IMG/VR virus record: IMGVR_UViG_3300042319_002777
Location: 1,086 to 65,085 of that record
Strand: one strand, 5' to 3'
Origin: a virus
Lineage: Duplodnaviria > Caudoviricetes
Length of the DNA stretch: 64,000 bases
This document shows positions 28,496-37,168 of the stretch, in pieces. Every line of letters begins with the position of its first letter. Position 1 is the stretch's first letter. The notes below the pieces were generated by a model. That model did no database searches, was not told where the DNA came from, and worked only from the letters and a program-made list of their open reading frames with translations. Made by a program: the position numbers and the translations under genes.

Positions 28496-29013
28496 TGCTT
28501 TACTACCTTGCGCCATTCACGTTTGACTTTCAAGCATCACTCATCAGCGTGGACGCGGGCGTGAATGACATTGAATGTATCACGCTTTATAGTGCAATCA
28601 AACTAGCCCAAGCAAGTGAACCAGGAATCACCTATGACCGAATCGCCAAAGGATCAGGACTCAGCGCCCTTGGCCCCGGCGTGCAAGTCGGCCTCACCGT
28701 CGAGATACTGGGGTCGTGGCAACTTCGGTTCCCTGCCGGAAACTACATCGCCCGAGTCGCAGGCGGAAACCTCATCGGCGGACCAGGTGGTGACCCCATT
28801 GCCTACACCGCAGGCGTACAAACCCTCCTGATCCAGTCCGCTGCTTCAACCGTGGTCACCGAAGGCGGCAGCGTGCCAACTGCGGCAGAGAATGCGGCTG
28901 CAATGTTGGCGGCGGCGCAGGCCACGCCAATCCACGCCGATGTTCAACGGGTCAATGGCGTTGAAATCACCGGGACAGGTGTTGCCGGTGACAGCATGAG
29001 GCCCGTTCCATGA
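28492..29013 (+). CDS. Virion structural protein
   Basis: Coupled ORF. Confidence 0.65.
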   Translation: MMLYYLAPFTFDFQASLISVDAGVNDIECITLYSAIKLAQASEPGITYDRIAKGSGLSALGPGVQVGLTVEILGSWQLRFPAGNYIARVAGGNLIGGPGGDPIAYTAGVQTLLIQSAASTVVTEGGSVPTAAENAAAMLAAAQATPIHADVQRVNGVEITGTGVAGDSMRPVP

Positions 29014-29399
29014 GTTTCTGGTCACGCGATTTTTGGCAGCCGGGGTTCTGGGTTGTCGGCTTCTGGCAAGAGCCCGTCACCGACGCGATGGGGACGCGAC
29101 CGGGCGATCCACCAAACAGCGGCGTACTGCTGACCGGCCCCCACAGCGGCGTTCTACTTTCAAATGCCGTTATCTCTGGGCGCTTGCTGTCCGGCCACGT
29201 GCAAAGTGGCTTATTGTTGAGTAATGGTGTAGGCGGGGCAACCATGAGCGGTGCCAGACGCGGGACACTTCTACCAGAGGAAAAATCATCAAGTTATCTT
29301 TTGACGGGCACGGTTCGTGGTGGTAAAATCGTCGCAAGAAAAACGTCCGGCACCCTTTCAGCCACAAAAACAAACGGCGCAATCGTGAGGTCACAATGA
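29010..29399 (+). CDS. Hypothetical protein with FW repeats and SGxLL repeats
   Basis: Coupled ORF. Confidence 0.55.
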   Translation: MSFWSRDFWQPGFWVVGFWQEPVTDAMGTRPGDPPNSGVLLTGPHSGVLLSNAVISGRLLSGHVQSGLLLSNGVGGATMSGARRGTLLPEEKSSSYLLTGTVRGGKIVARKTSGTLSATKTNGAIVRSQ

Positions 29400-29728
29400 A
29401 GATTGAAACATTCTTCATCAAGCGGGGTGACACGTCTCCCTCGATCCAGTTTGCGTTGCTTCCGGCAACGGTGGTGCTGACCGGCGCAACCGTGAAGTTT
29501 CAAATGCGAGCGCGGCGGCCACGGGGCGGGGGTGCCGTGATTGACGCAGTGGCTGCGGTGGTGACTGCAACCGGCACGCCAACAGTGGAATACAAGTGGC
29601 AGCCATCCAACACCATTAACGCTGGCTCGTTTGAGGCAGAGTTCCGCGTCACCTATTCTAATGGCGAAATCGGTACGTTCCCGAATGATGGGTTTATACC
29701 GATCCAGATTACAGAAGACATCCAATAG
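29396..29728 (+). CDS. BppU-like baseplate upper/adaptor domain protein
   Basis: FIKRGDT...LTGATVKFQM...VEYKWQ..T..AGSFEAEF.VTY..G...TFP. Confidence 0.75.
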   Translation: MKIETFFIKRGDTSPSIQFALLPATVVLTGATVKFQMRARRPRGGGAVIDAVAAVVTATGTPTVEYKWQPSNTINAGSFEAEFRVTYSNGEIGTFPNDGFIPIQITEDIQ

Positions 29729-29793
29729 CCTAGCCTGTTCCCTGGGGTCACCGGATCAGCCGCCAATCTGATTTAGTGGGATCACTGCGGGAG

Positions 29794-29803
29794 CGGGAAA
29801 ACT
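29794..29803 (+). promoter_or_regulatory. Putative late promoter (copy 13)
   Basis: Exact motif 22 nt before ATG 29826. Confidence 0.75.
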
Positions 29804-29825
29804 GAGGCAGAGGGTCAACCTAAAC

Positions 29826-30107
29826 ATGCCACCGGAAGACGTTTCTCACCGCGACATCTACGTCGGTTTGGCGCAGCTGAGTGAGAAGGTGAATTCGGTT
29901 TTGCTCCTAATGGTCGAGCGCAAGGAAGAGGTAGCGCGAATCAATAAAGACCTCAATGGCCTGTTTGACCGTCAGCGCACCCTAGAAAATCGCATGGCGC
30001 AGGTCGTCATCCTGGGTAGTGTTGTTGCCCTTTTACTGCCAATCGTTGGAAGCTGGGTAACCCTGAAGCTAGTTATTCCAATCGCAGTTGAGCAGCAGAA
30101 GGAGTAA
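29826..30107 (+). CDS. Coiled-coil plus C-terminal TM protein (holin/XhlA-like)
   Basis: Coiled coil followed by a hydrophobic helix. Confidence 0.55.
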   Translation: MPPEDVSHRDIYVGLAQLSEKVNSVLLLMVERKEEVARINKDLNGLFDRQRTLENRMAQVVILGSVVALLLPIVGSWVTLKLVIPIAVEQQKE

Positions 30108-30112
30108 AAGCC

Positions 30113-30367
30113 ATGAACTCCCGCGATCTGATCACCACCACCGTGGCCTTCTGCCTGTCCCTGGCAGCGGCTGGAGGGTTCGGGGGGGCGATCTACGTTT
30201 GCCGAGTCCAGGCCGTTGATTGCCTGGAGTCCTGGAAGGCTGCAGGCGCCGGAGCATTGGCAGCAGCCGGCCTTGGCGGCACCCTGCTAGCCCAGTTGGA
30301 TGGGCGGCGGCGGCGGGATCCCGAGGATCCGGTAGGTCCGTCGCAGGGTGATGGCGGGAGGGGCTGA
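30113..30367 (+). CDS. Two-TM small membrane protein (putative holin)
   Basis: Two hydrophobic segments and a charged C-terminus. Confidence 0.5.
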   Translation: MNSRDLITTTVAFCLSLAAAGGFGGAIYVCRVQAVDCLESWKAAGAGALAAAGLGGTLLAQLDGRRRRDPEDPVGPSQGDGGRG

Positions 30368-30387
30368 AACCCCTTGCAGCGCAGGGC

Positions 30388-30431
30388 AGCGCTTACGAGA
30401 CGGTATCGAAGGAAAACGTCGCCAAAGCGCT
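30388..30431. other. Candidate attP site
   Basis: Imperfect inverted repeat AGCGCTT....GACG...CGTC....AAGCGCT just upstream of the integrase. Confidence 0.4.
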
Positions 30432-30463
30432 AAGCTCCGAAACCACTGCACCGCAGCCTATCC

Positions 30464-31768
30464 ATGAAGCTCGGCTATGCCCGCGTCTCGAAGGAGGAGC
30501 AGGCCGACTCCCTGCCAGCTCAGGTGGCCAGGCTTCGGGCGGCCGGTTGTGATCGGATCGTGGAGGAGCTCGAGAGCGGTCGGAATGACGATCGCCCCGG
30601 CCTGGCGGAGGTGGTGGCCGAGGTGCGGGCCGGGAAGGTGGTGGAGCTGGTGATCACCAGAGCTGACCGGCTGGGGCGCAACGCGGCGTTTGCCGATGAG
30701 CTGCTGGCGCTTTGTGCCCTGATGGGGGTGACCGTCACGGCGCTAGACGGCGGCACCATCGAATCGGCCACGCCACAAGGGTTCCTGCAGGCCAGGCTGC
30801 TCACCACCATGGCCGAGGTGGAGAGCAGGATGCTGAGCCTGCGGCTGCGGCGCCAGTTCGAGCAGTACCGGGCCCAGGGCCGCCACCTACGGCGCCGGAA
30901 GCCGTTCGGGTATCGAGGCGGTGCCAACCACCGGCTGGAGCCCCACCCGGAGCACTGGCCCCAAGCGTTGAAGGTGTTGGAGAGGTTGCGGCAGTTGGGG
31001 AGTTTCTCAGCGGTGATGAGAGAATTGCCGAGCTGGTGCGAGTGGACCCCGGCGAGCCCAAACCTGCAGGCTTGGTTCTACAACCCCTGCATCAGGGGGC
31101 ACGTGGGCCACCTACTGCAGAAAGGCAGCGGGAAGAGCTGGAATCAGCAATGGGGCGAGATCCACTACGACCAGCACCCGCCGCTGATCGGTGAGGCCGA
31201 TTGGCAGGAGCTGGCGATGTATCTGCGGCGGCCCAGCAACACCTTTCTGGGTCGAGGCCGTGAAGCTCGCCATGGGCTGACCGGTTTGCTGAGCTGCGCG
31301 GCGTGCGGCCACAGCCTGCGCCGCAACAACTCGGGCAATACGGCATGGTGGCGTTGCCGTCACCGGTTGTGCGAGGAGAAAGGCGCCATCCGGGAACCTG
31401 ATGCCATGCCTCTGGCGGTGGCGGCGTGCGTGGCTGCTGCAGATCGCCTGGCGGCAGCGTATGCCATGCCTGCGGACGAGGATCCGGCGGTGGCGGCGAA
31501 GCGGCGGGATCTGGAGCAGCTAGAGGGATTGGCTAGGCGCAACCCTGCGATTGCCTCAGCGTGCGTTGCATTGCGATCGGAGATTGATAGCCTGATACGA
31601 CGGCCGAGGGTGGCGCCTGAACTGGCTGGCTATGCCGAGCGCATCAGCGACCCTGAGTTTTTCGCGGGTGCGACACCAGAGGAGCAGCGGGCGCTGTTTG
31701 GGGCGGTACTGGAGACCCTGGCGGTGGGTCCAACGGGGGAAGTCCGCGCTCAGCCGCGTAGCTGGTAA
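30464..31768 (+). CDS. Large serine integrase
   Basis: GYARVS catalytic motif, RADRLGR, recombinase domain, CAACG...CRHRLC zinc ribbon. Confidence 0.93.
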   Translation: MKLGYARVSKEEQADSLPAQVARLRAAGCDRIVEELESGRNDDRPGLAEVVAEVRAGKVVELVITRADRLGRNAAFADELLALCALMGVTVTALDGGTIESATPQGFLQARLLTTMAEVESRMLSLRLRRQFEQYRAQGRHLRRRKPFGYRGGANHRLEPHPEHWPQALKVLERLRQLGSFSAVMRELPSWCEWTPASPNLQAWFYNPCIRGHVGHLLQKGSGKSWNQQWGEIHYDQHPPLIGEADWQELAMYLRRPSNTFLGRGREARHGLTGLLSCAACGHSLRRNNSGNTAWWRCRHRLCEEKGAIREPDAMPLAVAACVAAADRLAAAYAMPADEDPAVAAKRRDLEQLEGLARRNPAIASACVALRSEIDSLIRRPRVAPELAGYAERISDPEFFAGATPEEQRALFGAVLETLAVGPTGEVRAQPRSW

Positions 31769-31811
31769 GGCGACTTGCGATGGCCTCGCGGAGTGTCATT
31801 GCTGCGGCCAT
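31644..31811 (-). CDS. Small ORF antisense to the integrase 3' end
   Basis: MAAAMTLREAIASRL...; coupled to the upstream gene's stop. Confidence 0.4.
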   Translation of the reverse strand: MAAAMTLREAIASRLTSYAAERGLPPLDPPPGSPVPPQTAPAAPLVSHPRKTQGR

Positions 31812-32371
31812 CAGCAGTCAACCTCCGGGTCACCCTCCTGCTGCTCCCGCTTGGCCACCCATTCCGGCAGCGGCGGCAGCGGTCCAGCCATGCCGTCTAG
31901 GGTGGCCCAGAGGCAGACGCCCCTCATCACCTCGCTGTCGTAAGCCTCAAGGTTCCAGCGCACCAGGCGCCTGACGGCCTCCCTGGCTGTCGCCAGATCG
32001 CCCCGCAGGTGCTCTGCCTCCTGCTTCGCCTTCCTGGCCTCCTGCTCCGCCATGGCCCGCAGGTTGTGAGGCGTGGCTCCGCCGGGGCGGTGGACGGTGA
32101 CCAGAATGTTCCCGTCGCTGGAGCCAAAGGTCAGTTCCAGATAGTTCACGGCCTTGGGGTTGTCCTGAAGCAACCCCAAAAACATGCCGGCGATCATCTG
32201 TGCGCCAGGAGCCGCAAAGCCCATGGTGGCCTGCTGCTTGTGAATCGCTATCCCCGTCAGCGTCGGGTTGGCAAGGGCATTGGAAAGCGCCTTGTTGCGA
32301 CGCTCCAACCGCCGGATCGTGCGCCACGGGGCCAGCAGGCGGGCCAGGGTGCGGAGGGTGGGGTAGTTCAT
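31811..32371 (-). CDS. Hypothetical protein
   Basis: Coupled ORF in the early leftward operon. Confidence 0.65.
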   Translation of the reverse strand: MNYPTLRTLARLLAPWRTIRRLERRNKALSNALANPTLTGIAIHKQQATMGFAAPGAQMIAGMFLGLLQDNPKAVNYLELTFGSSDGNILVTVHRPGGATPHNLRAMAEQEARKAKQEAEHLRGDLATAREAVRRLVRWNLEAYDSEVMRGVCLWATLDGMAGPLPPLPEWVAKREQQEGDPEVDC

Positions 32372-33015
32372 ACTGCTACACCCAGCCTGCGACGTAGCCT
32401 GCGTGACGCAATGCGCTTGACGTAGAGCGCATTGCGTCGGGAGCGCCTGGAAGCGTCAAGCCTTTCTTTTTCTTTCAACCTCACAAGCGTGTCTCTTAAA
32501 TACACTAAATCAAGCTCAGCAATGCGCAGTTTCTTTTGTTTGTCATCAAGGCGCTCCCACTGCGCGAAAAGACATTCTTCTAAACAAATACTAGGGCGAT
32601 GCGAGCCGTTCAGAGTGCCACGAGTGCTGTTTCCCATTTCAATCCCCATTTTGCTGTGAAAAAAATAGTGCCCTTCATGGAAGGCCCTTGAGATTACAGC
32701 GGCACGTACCAAGTAATGCCATTGGTGAAACCAAGGCAGTTTACGATTTAATGTTGATTCTAGTTCTAGTAGATCACCGAAAAGAAGTTGAAGACCCATT
32801 TTCCTGCTTATAGATTGCCCCCATGCAATGTTTGCGCTGGTATGGCAATAGCCTATTGATAAAGGCTTATCGTGGTGGAACCAAAAGGGCCCTTTGTCGC
32901 ACATTGAAAAATATGCGCTTGGCCGAAACACGTTGAATTGAGTGATGATGTTTACCGCTGGGCCTAGTCGCTTTGACACGCCTTGGCTAAGGACTGGGAG
33001 GATAGGGTTGTTCAC
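32368..33015 (-). CDS. Low-GC hypothetical protein
   Basis: AT-rich insert, coupled at both ends. Confidence 0.6.
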   Translation of the reverse strand: MNNPILPVLSQGVSKRLGPAVNIITQFNVFRPSAYFSMCDKGPFWFHHDKPLSIGYCHTSANIAWGQSISRKMGLQLLFGDLLELESTLNRKLPWFHQWHYLVRAAVISRAFHEGHYFFHSKMGIEMGNSTRGTLNGSHRPSICLEECLFAQWERLDDKQKKLRIAELDLVYLRDTLVRLKEKERLDASRRSRRNALYVKRIASRRLRRRLGVAV

Positions 33016-33380
33016 GTGGCCGCCTCGTATCCGATCAACTCCGCAACCTGCCGGAGCTTCTCGGGTGAAAGGGTTTGAATTAGCCTCTCAATTCGGTAGC
33101 GGTGATCGTTGGCCCAAACGTCGTCGTCTACATCTTTCTCGTTGAACAGAAAGCGGCGATGGTCTGCACCACGCTTTGGGACCTTCACGGGCCACCGCGT
33201 AGAGCCAATCAACCAGGAGCGGGTTGTCTCGCCGATGATCTCGCGCTTAGCCCAGTGCTCGCGGTAGATGGGAAATCTTGAGATCTCCCCTGGCGCCATC
33301 ACGGGGTAGACGCGGCGGTTGATATCAAAAACCCAGACGTGGGTTGGCTTGTCGGGGAGGAGAGATGTGGGGACCTTCAT
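33012..33380 (-). CDS. Hypothetical protein
   Basis: VWVFDINRRVY...IIGETTRSW. Confidence 0.65.
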   Translation of the reverse strand: MKVPTSLLPDKPTHVWVFDINRRVYPVMAPGEISRFPIYREHWAKREIIGETTRSWLIGSTRWPVKVPKRGADHRRFLFNEKDVDDDVWANDHRYRIERLIQTLSPEKLRQVAELIGYEAAT

Positions 33381-33919
33381 GGCTGCACCTCGCGGTCTTC
33401 GGGATCTACCCACTTCAGGCCGATTCGATCAAACAGCTCACGCTCTGTGCGACAGGGCACGACAGGGCCAAGGGATTGGATGCCCTCCGTGTTGTTCACG
33501 CGACGCAGCAAGCCACCTTCTGACCTGAAACCAGCCCGAACCCATGCGGTAGCCAGCCGCTTGTGAGACCACTCGGCGGAACCAGTACGGATCGCCAGCA
33601 CCAAACCGTAGCCGTCGGGGTCTGGCATGAACAAGTCCAACTTCATCCCAGACGGCAAAATGCGCTGCGTGTACTTGCACGGAAGCTCGCCCCTTGCCTT
33701 TGGCCACTGGCTTACAACCGTGGCCAAGCCGCTGGCAAACAGCGGAGTTGCGTCATAAGACAACGGGAGGCAGACAATCTCGATGTCGCCAATGGTAGGT
33801 CGGCGCCGCCGGAGTGATCCGGCTATATCTATCTGGCTGCAGTGTGGCGCCAGTTGAGTTACGCAATCCTGCGCGATGGCTTTGGCTTTGCTCCAGGGGA
33901 TTCGGGTGCCGGTGCTCAT
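33377..33919 (-). CDS. Minimal DNA polymerase X/beta-family nucleotidyltransferase
   Basis: AGSLRR...GDIEIV...KLDLF...RTGS...TERELF..IGLKW.DPEDR. Confidence 0.85.
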   Translation of the reverse strand: MSTGTRIPWSKAKAIAQDCVTQLAPHCSQIDIAGSLRRRRPTIGDIEIVCLPLSYDATPLFASGLATVVSQWPKARGELPCKYTQRILPSGMKLDLFMPDPDGYGLVLAIRTGSAEWSHKRLATAWVRAGFRSEGGLLRRVNNTEGIQSLGPVVPCRTERELFDRIGLKWVDPEDREVQP

Positions 33920-34368
33920 GGCTGCACCCCTCCAGCCGGGGTAATCAGGTGCCCAACTGCCCAGGCGCGAACAGATAACCAGCGGCGGCGGCGTGACTGT
34001 TCGTCGTTACACTTGCTGCCGTACTCGTTCTGAGAAACGACAGCATTAGCGAGGGTTTCGCTGATGCCAAACGGCTCGGCCAACTCGCGCCAGTCCACGT
34101 CTGGGTCGCTCGGATCAAAGCGGAGCGGCACGGCCTCCGGGCCTCGTTGAAGCCGCACGACGCCGAGGGCGCAAAGGCAACCGGTTTCAGGATCTTCCAG
34201 CGCCCCGGCTGCCAGCTCTGGCTCTGGCAGGGCATCCAGGCCGGCGACCAGATCGCGCAGCAGCTGCTGACCTCGGCGCCCACGGATGGCGCTTCGGAGC
34301 GCTCCGGCGGCTTGGCCCTCCATCCAGGGCTCCCAGTCGTAATCGTCGCAATCGGAGTAGCGGCTCAT
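33916..34368 (-). CDS. Hypothetical phage protein
   Basis: SAIRGRRGQQLLRDL...CALG. Confidence 0.7.
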   Translation of the reverse strand: MSRYSDCDDYDWEPWMEGQAAGALRSAIRGRRGQQLLRDLVAGLDALPEPELAAGALEDPETGCLCALGVVRLQRGPEAVPLRFDPSDPDVDWRELAEPFGISETLANAVVSQNEYGSKCNDEQSRRRRWLSVRAWAVGHLITPAGGVQP

Positions 34369-34718
34369 GGCTGCACCCACTCCACCAGCGTCGCCAGGAA
34401 GTCGCGAACCGCGGCTTTGCCCTCTGGCGTGTCCAGATCGGCGGCCCGAGCCTCAGCCAGGGTCGGCGGGGGCGCAGGTGGTGGAGGGCTGTGGAGGTTG
34501 TTGGCGATGGCAAAGAGCTTGCCAATAATTGACACATCGCTCCATGTGATAGCCGAAGAAACCCCCGCTTGACCTAGCGCTTCACGCAGAAAGGCGGCGA
34601 GGCAGCGGCGAAAGTCGCTAGGCGGAGGTAGGTCGTCGAGGCTTGTGAAAGTAAGAATTGCCGCATCAAATGCCGCTCTTGCTTCTGGTATCTCTACCGG
34701 GAACTCAACGTGACTCAC
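34365..34718 (-). CDS. Hypothetical protein, paralog of 6073-6612
   Basis: Shared motifs; GTGA-coupled. Confidence 0.65.
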   Translation of the reverse strand: MSHVEFPVEIPEARAAFDAAILTFTSLDDLPPPSDFRRCLAAFLREALGQAGVSSAITWSDVSIIGKLFAIANNLHSPPPPAPPPTLAEARAADLDTPEGKAAVRDFLATLVEWVQP

Positions 34719-35851
34719 GCCTCCACCCCCGCTAACCGCTCCATCTTTTGGTAGGCATAACCGGGCAGCTCCAGCGGCTGAGCGGCCGAGTCGTAGCCGG
34801 GCCACCAGCCTGAGGCTTCGGCCTGCACAGCCCTCTCCAGCGCCCGGCGGGCCATGCGGCGGCCCAGCTCAGCCTGCTCATCACTGAGGATGTAGCGGCC
34901 GATGAACTCGGGCCGGGGGCAGGCCTTTTCCACGGCGATGAACTCAAACTCGTAGCCATTGGGGGCCAGGATCAGCGCCCCGTCCGGCAACCCCAGCAGA
35001 ACCTCGATCTCCGCCCGGCAGAACTGGGCGGCATCGCGATACCAGGCTGCCGAGAGGCAGTAGTTGTAACTAGCAGCAGCGCGGCCGAAGTGATCGGGGC
35101 CGGGGCCTGCATCCATGGCGCTCTTCAGATCGCCGATCCATAGGCGATCCCCGAGGAAGCGCACCGCATCGAGCCTCGCCTTGCAGCGGGCACCGGTGAG
35201 CGGATCAACCCACGTGAGGGTCAGCTCATTGCCGGCGCGGTTTTGGGGGGTGTCGGCAAAGCGTGGGCCTAGGACCGGGTGGCCAAGGATTGCGCCGGCC
35301 AGAGCATCGCCGAGGCGCAGATCCTTGTCGCTGACATTCTGGGCAGCGTCGGCGCCGGGGTGCTCCGCTATGAAAGCCTTCCACCATGCCTGCCGCGCCA
35401 TGGCGTCTTGCCAGTTGGCGTAGGTCGCGGTGTCCTTGTTGATGGTCCCGTCCTTGCGCGGCTTTGGCCCCTCCAACTGCATCGCCGTGGGTCGCTTCGG
35501 GGCATCCGGCGGCAGCACCAGATAGCGCTGATCGAACAGCTCGGGCTCCAGCAGGCGGCAGTGAAACAGGTTGCCGATCAGGAACTGGCCGGCGTCCTCC
35601 TTTTGCTCGCGATCGGGATTGATGAACTCGCTCCAGGCGTGAGCTTCGGTTTGGTCCGCGATCACCTTCAGCAGGCTGGCATTTATTCCAGGTAGCTGGT
35701 CGTAGGCCTCACGAGGCAGGCCGGAGAACACCTGGGGGGCGCCGGTGAGCGTGAGCCCCCAGGCCACCTCCCAGGCGGCTTCGGGGCTCAGCAGGGCCTC
35801 CCCGATCGGGGCGGGGCTGGGGGTCTGGACAGGGGCGGAGATTGTGGTCAT
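34715..35851 (-). CDS. recE: RecE/exonuclease VIII-like PD-(D/E)XK nuclease
   Basis: GNLFHCRLLEP, CKARLD, DLKS, Y..SAAWY, FEFIAVEK. Confidence 0.8.
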   Translation of the reverse strand: MTTISAPVQTPSPAPIGEALLSPEAAWEVAWGLTLTGAPQVFSGLPREAYDQLPGINASLLKVIADQTEAHAWSEFINPDREQKEDAGQFLIGNLFHCRLLEPELFDQRYLVLPPDAPKRPTAMQLEGPKPRKDGTINKDTATYANWQDAMARQAWWKAFIAEHPGADAAQNVSDKDLRLGDALAGAILGHPVLGPRFADTPQNRAGNELTLTWVDPLTGARCKARLDAVRFLGDRLWIGDLKSAMDAGPGPDHFGRAAASYNYCLSAAWYRDAAQFCRAEIEVLLGLPDGALILAPNGYEFEFIAVEKACPRPEFIGRYILSDEQAELGRRMARRALERAVQAEASGWWPGYDSAAQPLELPGYAYQKMERLAGVEA

Positions 35852-35979
35852 GGCAGCAGCATCGATGGGTTTCGTTCGTAGACGGTTGGGGCTTGCTCGT
35901 GCTCGTCGTCCAGGTCGTCGTAGGGGCGGCGCCGGGGCTCCGGCAGGTCGTCTTAGTCGTAGAGCGGCAGGTCGGTCAT
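35848..35979 (-). pseudogene. Small acidic ORF with an internal TAA
   Basis: MTDLPLYD*DDLPEP...ERNPSMLLP; ATGA-coupled at both ends. Confidence 0.5.
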
Positions 35980-36206
35980 CCCAACCCCCGTGCGGCCTCG
36001 GCGGCGGTCTCTAGCTGGCAGGTGATCTGCTGGGCCCTGGCCCCGGCGCCCGGCTGCAGCTGTTCCAGCACGGCGGAATCAAGGCTCAGCCGGCGAAGGT
36101 CAGCGGCCACGGCCTCGGCCTGGCCGCTGATCAGCTCCAGCTCATCGAGTAAGTCAAGCGCCATAGGGCGCGGTTGCGGCGGTGCCGCAGGAAAGGTGAA
36201 AGTCAT
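35976..36206 (-). CDS. Hypothetical protein
   Basis: ATG 36206 preceded by CAACCAGCGA. Confidence 0.6.
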   Translation of the reverse strand: MTFTFPAAPPQPRPMALDLLDELELISGQAEAVAADLRRLSLDSAVLEQLQPGAGARAQQITCQLETAAEAARGLG

Positions 36207-36253
36207 CAAAAGAGGATTCGCTGGTTGACTGCCCCTGTCGGGACATGGGTTAA

Positions 36254-36646
36254 TCATAGCGAAAGACGCCGCTCTAGTCGCTTGATTGTTTCAATAGCCG
36301 TAACGGCTCGCACGGCCAGTTCGCTAGCCCTATAGGGGTCGTAACGCTCCAGCGGCGTGGTGAGCTGGTAGCTCAGTGCCGCCAGCGCCATGTCCAGGGC
36401 GTCAGCGTCAGTCGAGGCGGACCCAGGGGGCACCGGCACCACCTCGGGAAAAAGGCAGAGATGCAGGTGCCCTCCGTCGTCCATCTCCCAGGCGCCGGCC
36501 GTGATGGCGGGCAGTGGGCGGGTCGCCGCATCGGGGAAGCGATCCCCTAGGAGCACACACGTGGGCTGGCCGTTGGCGCCGTGGTGGGGCCACTCGCTGA
36601 GCAGCTGCGCTAGGGCTGCAACGGTGATAGGGGGATAGGCCATCAC
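36254..36646 (-). CDS. Hypothetical protein
   Basis: ORF in the operon. Confidence 0.6.
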   Translation of the reverse strand: MMAYPPITVAALAQLLSEWPHHGANGQPTCVLLGDRFPDAATRPLPAITAGAWEMDDGGHLHLCLFPEVVPVPPGSASTDADALDMALAALSYQLTTPLERYDPYRASELAVRAVTAIETIKRLERRLSL

Positions 36647-37168
36647 CGCAAAGCCTGGAGGATCACCTCGGGCACCAGCAACAGCTGGGCCTGAGGGTTG
36701 ACTTGCCGCTGGCCGTGCCAGATGCAGGGCAGGGCGATGAAAGGGGCCAGGAGAAGCCCCAGGAGGTGGAGGCGGGTCATGCGGATGGCCTCGTGGAGGC
36801 CAGCGTCCGCTCCCTGGCCTCTAGGTGCGTGATGCGAGCGCGGAGAAAACGGACTTCCCTCCCCCGCTCGTTTCGGCTTTCCAAAAGACTCTTGGTGCGA
36901 GCGCAATAGATGGAGTGTTGGCTTACTTTGCCAGCAATAAAGCCAACTCCTAAGCAGACAATGGCGACGATGATAAACATTGAACGAGTTGCAATGATGA
37001 GCATTAAGTGGCCTTCTTGATGGGCAGGATTGCACTATCCAGGTCACGACAGGCAAGCTGATAGCCGAACGCTGCCGCGAGCTTTATGGCGTTGGACGTG
37101 TCGCCCTCGGCTTGCCGAAGGATCTCCTCCTCCGGCACCGCGATTTCAGACGGGACGCAGGCGGGCAT
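36643..37168 (-). CDS. Three small coupled ORFs (about 36643-36783, 36777-37004, 37004-37168)
   Basis: Overlapping stop/start junctions; two have TM helices. Confidence 0.5.
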
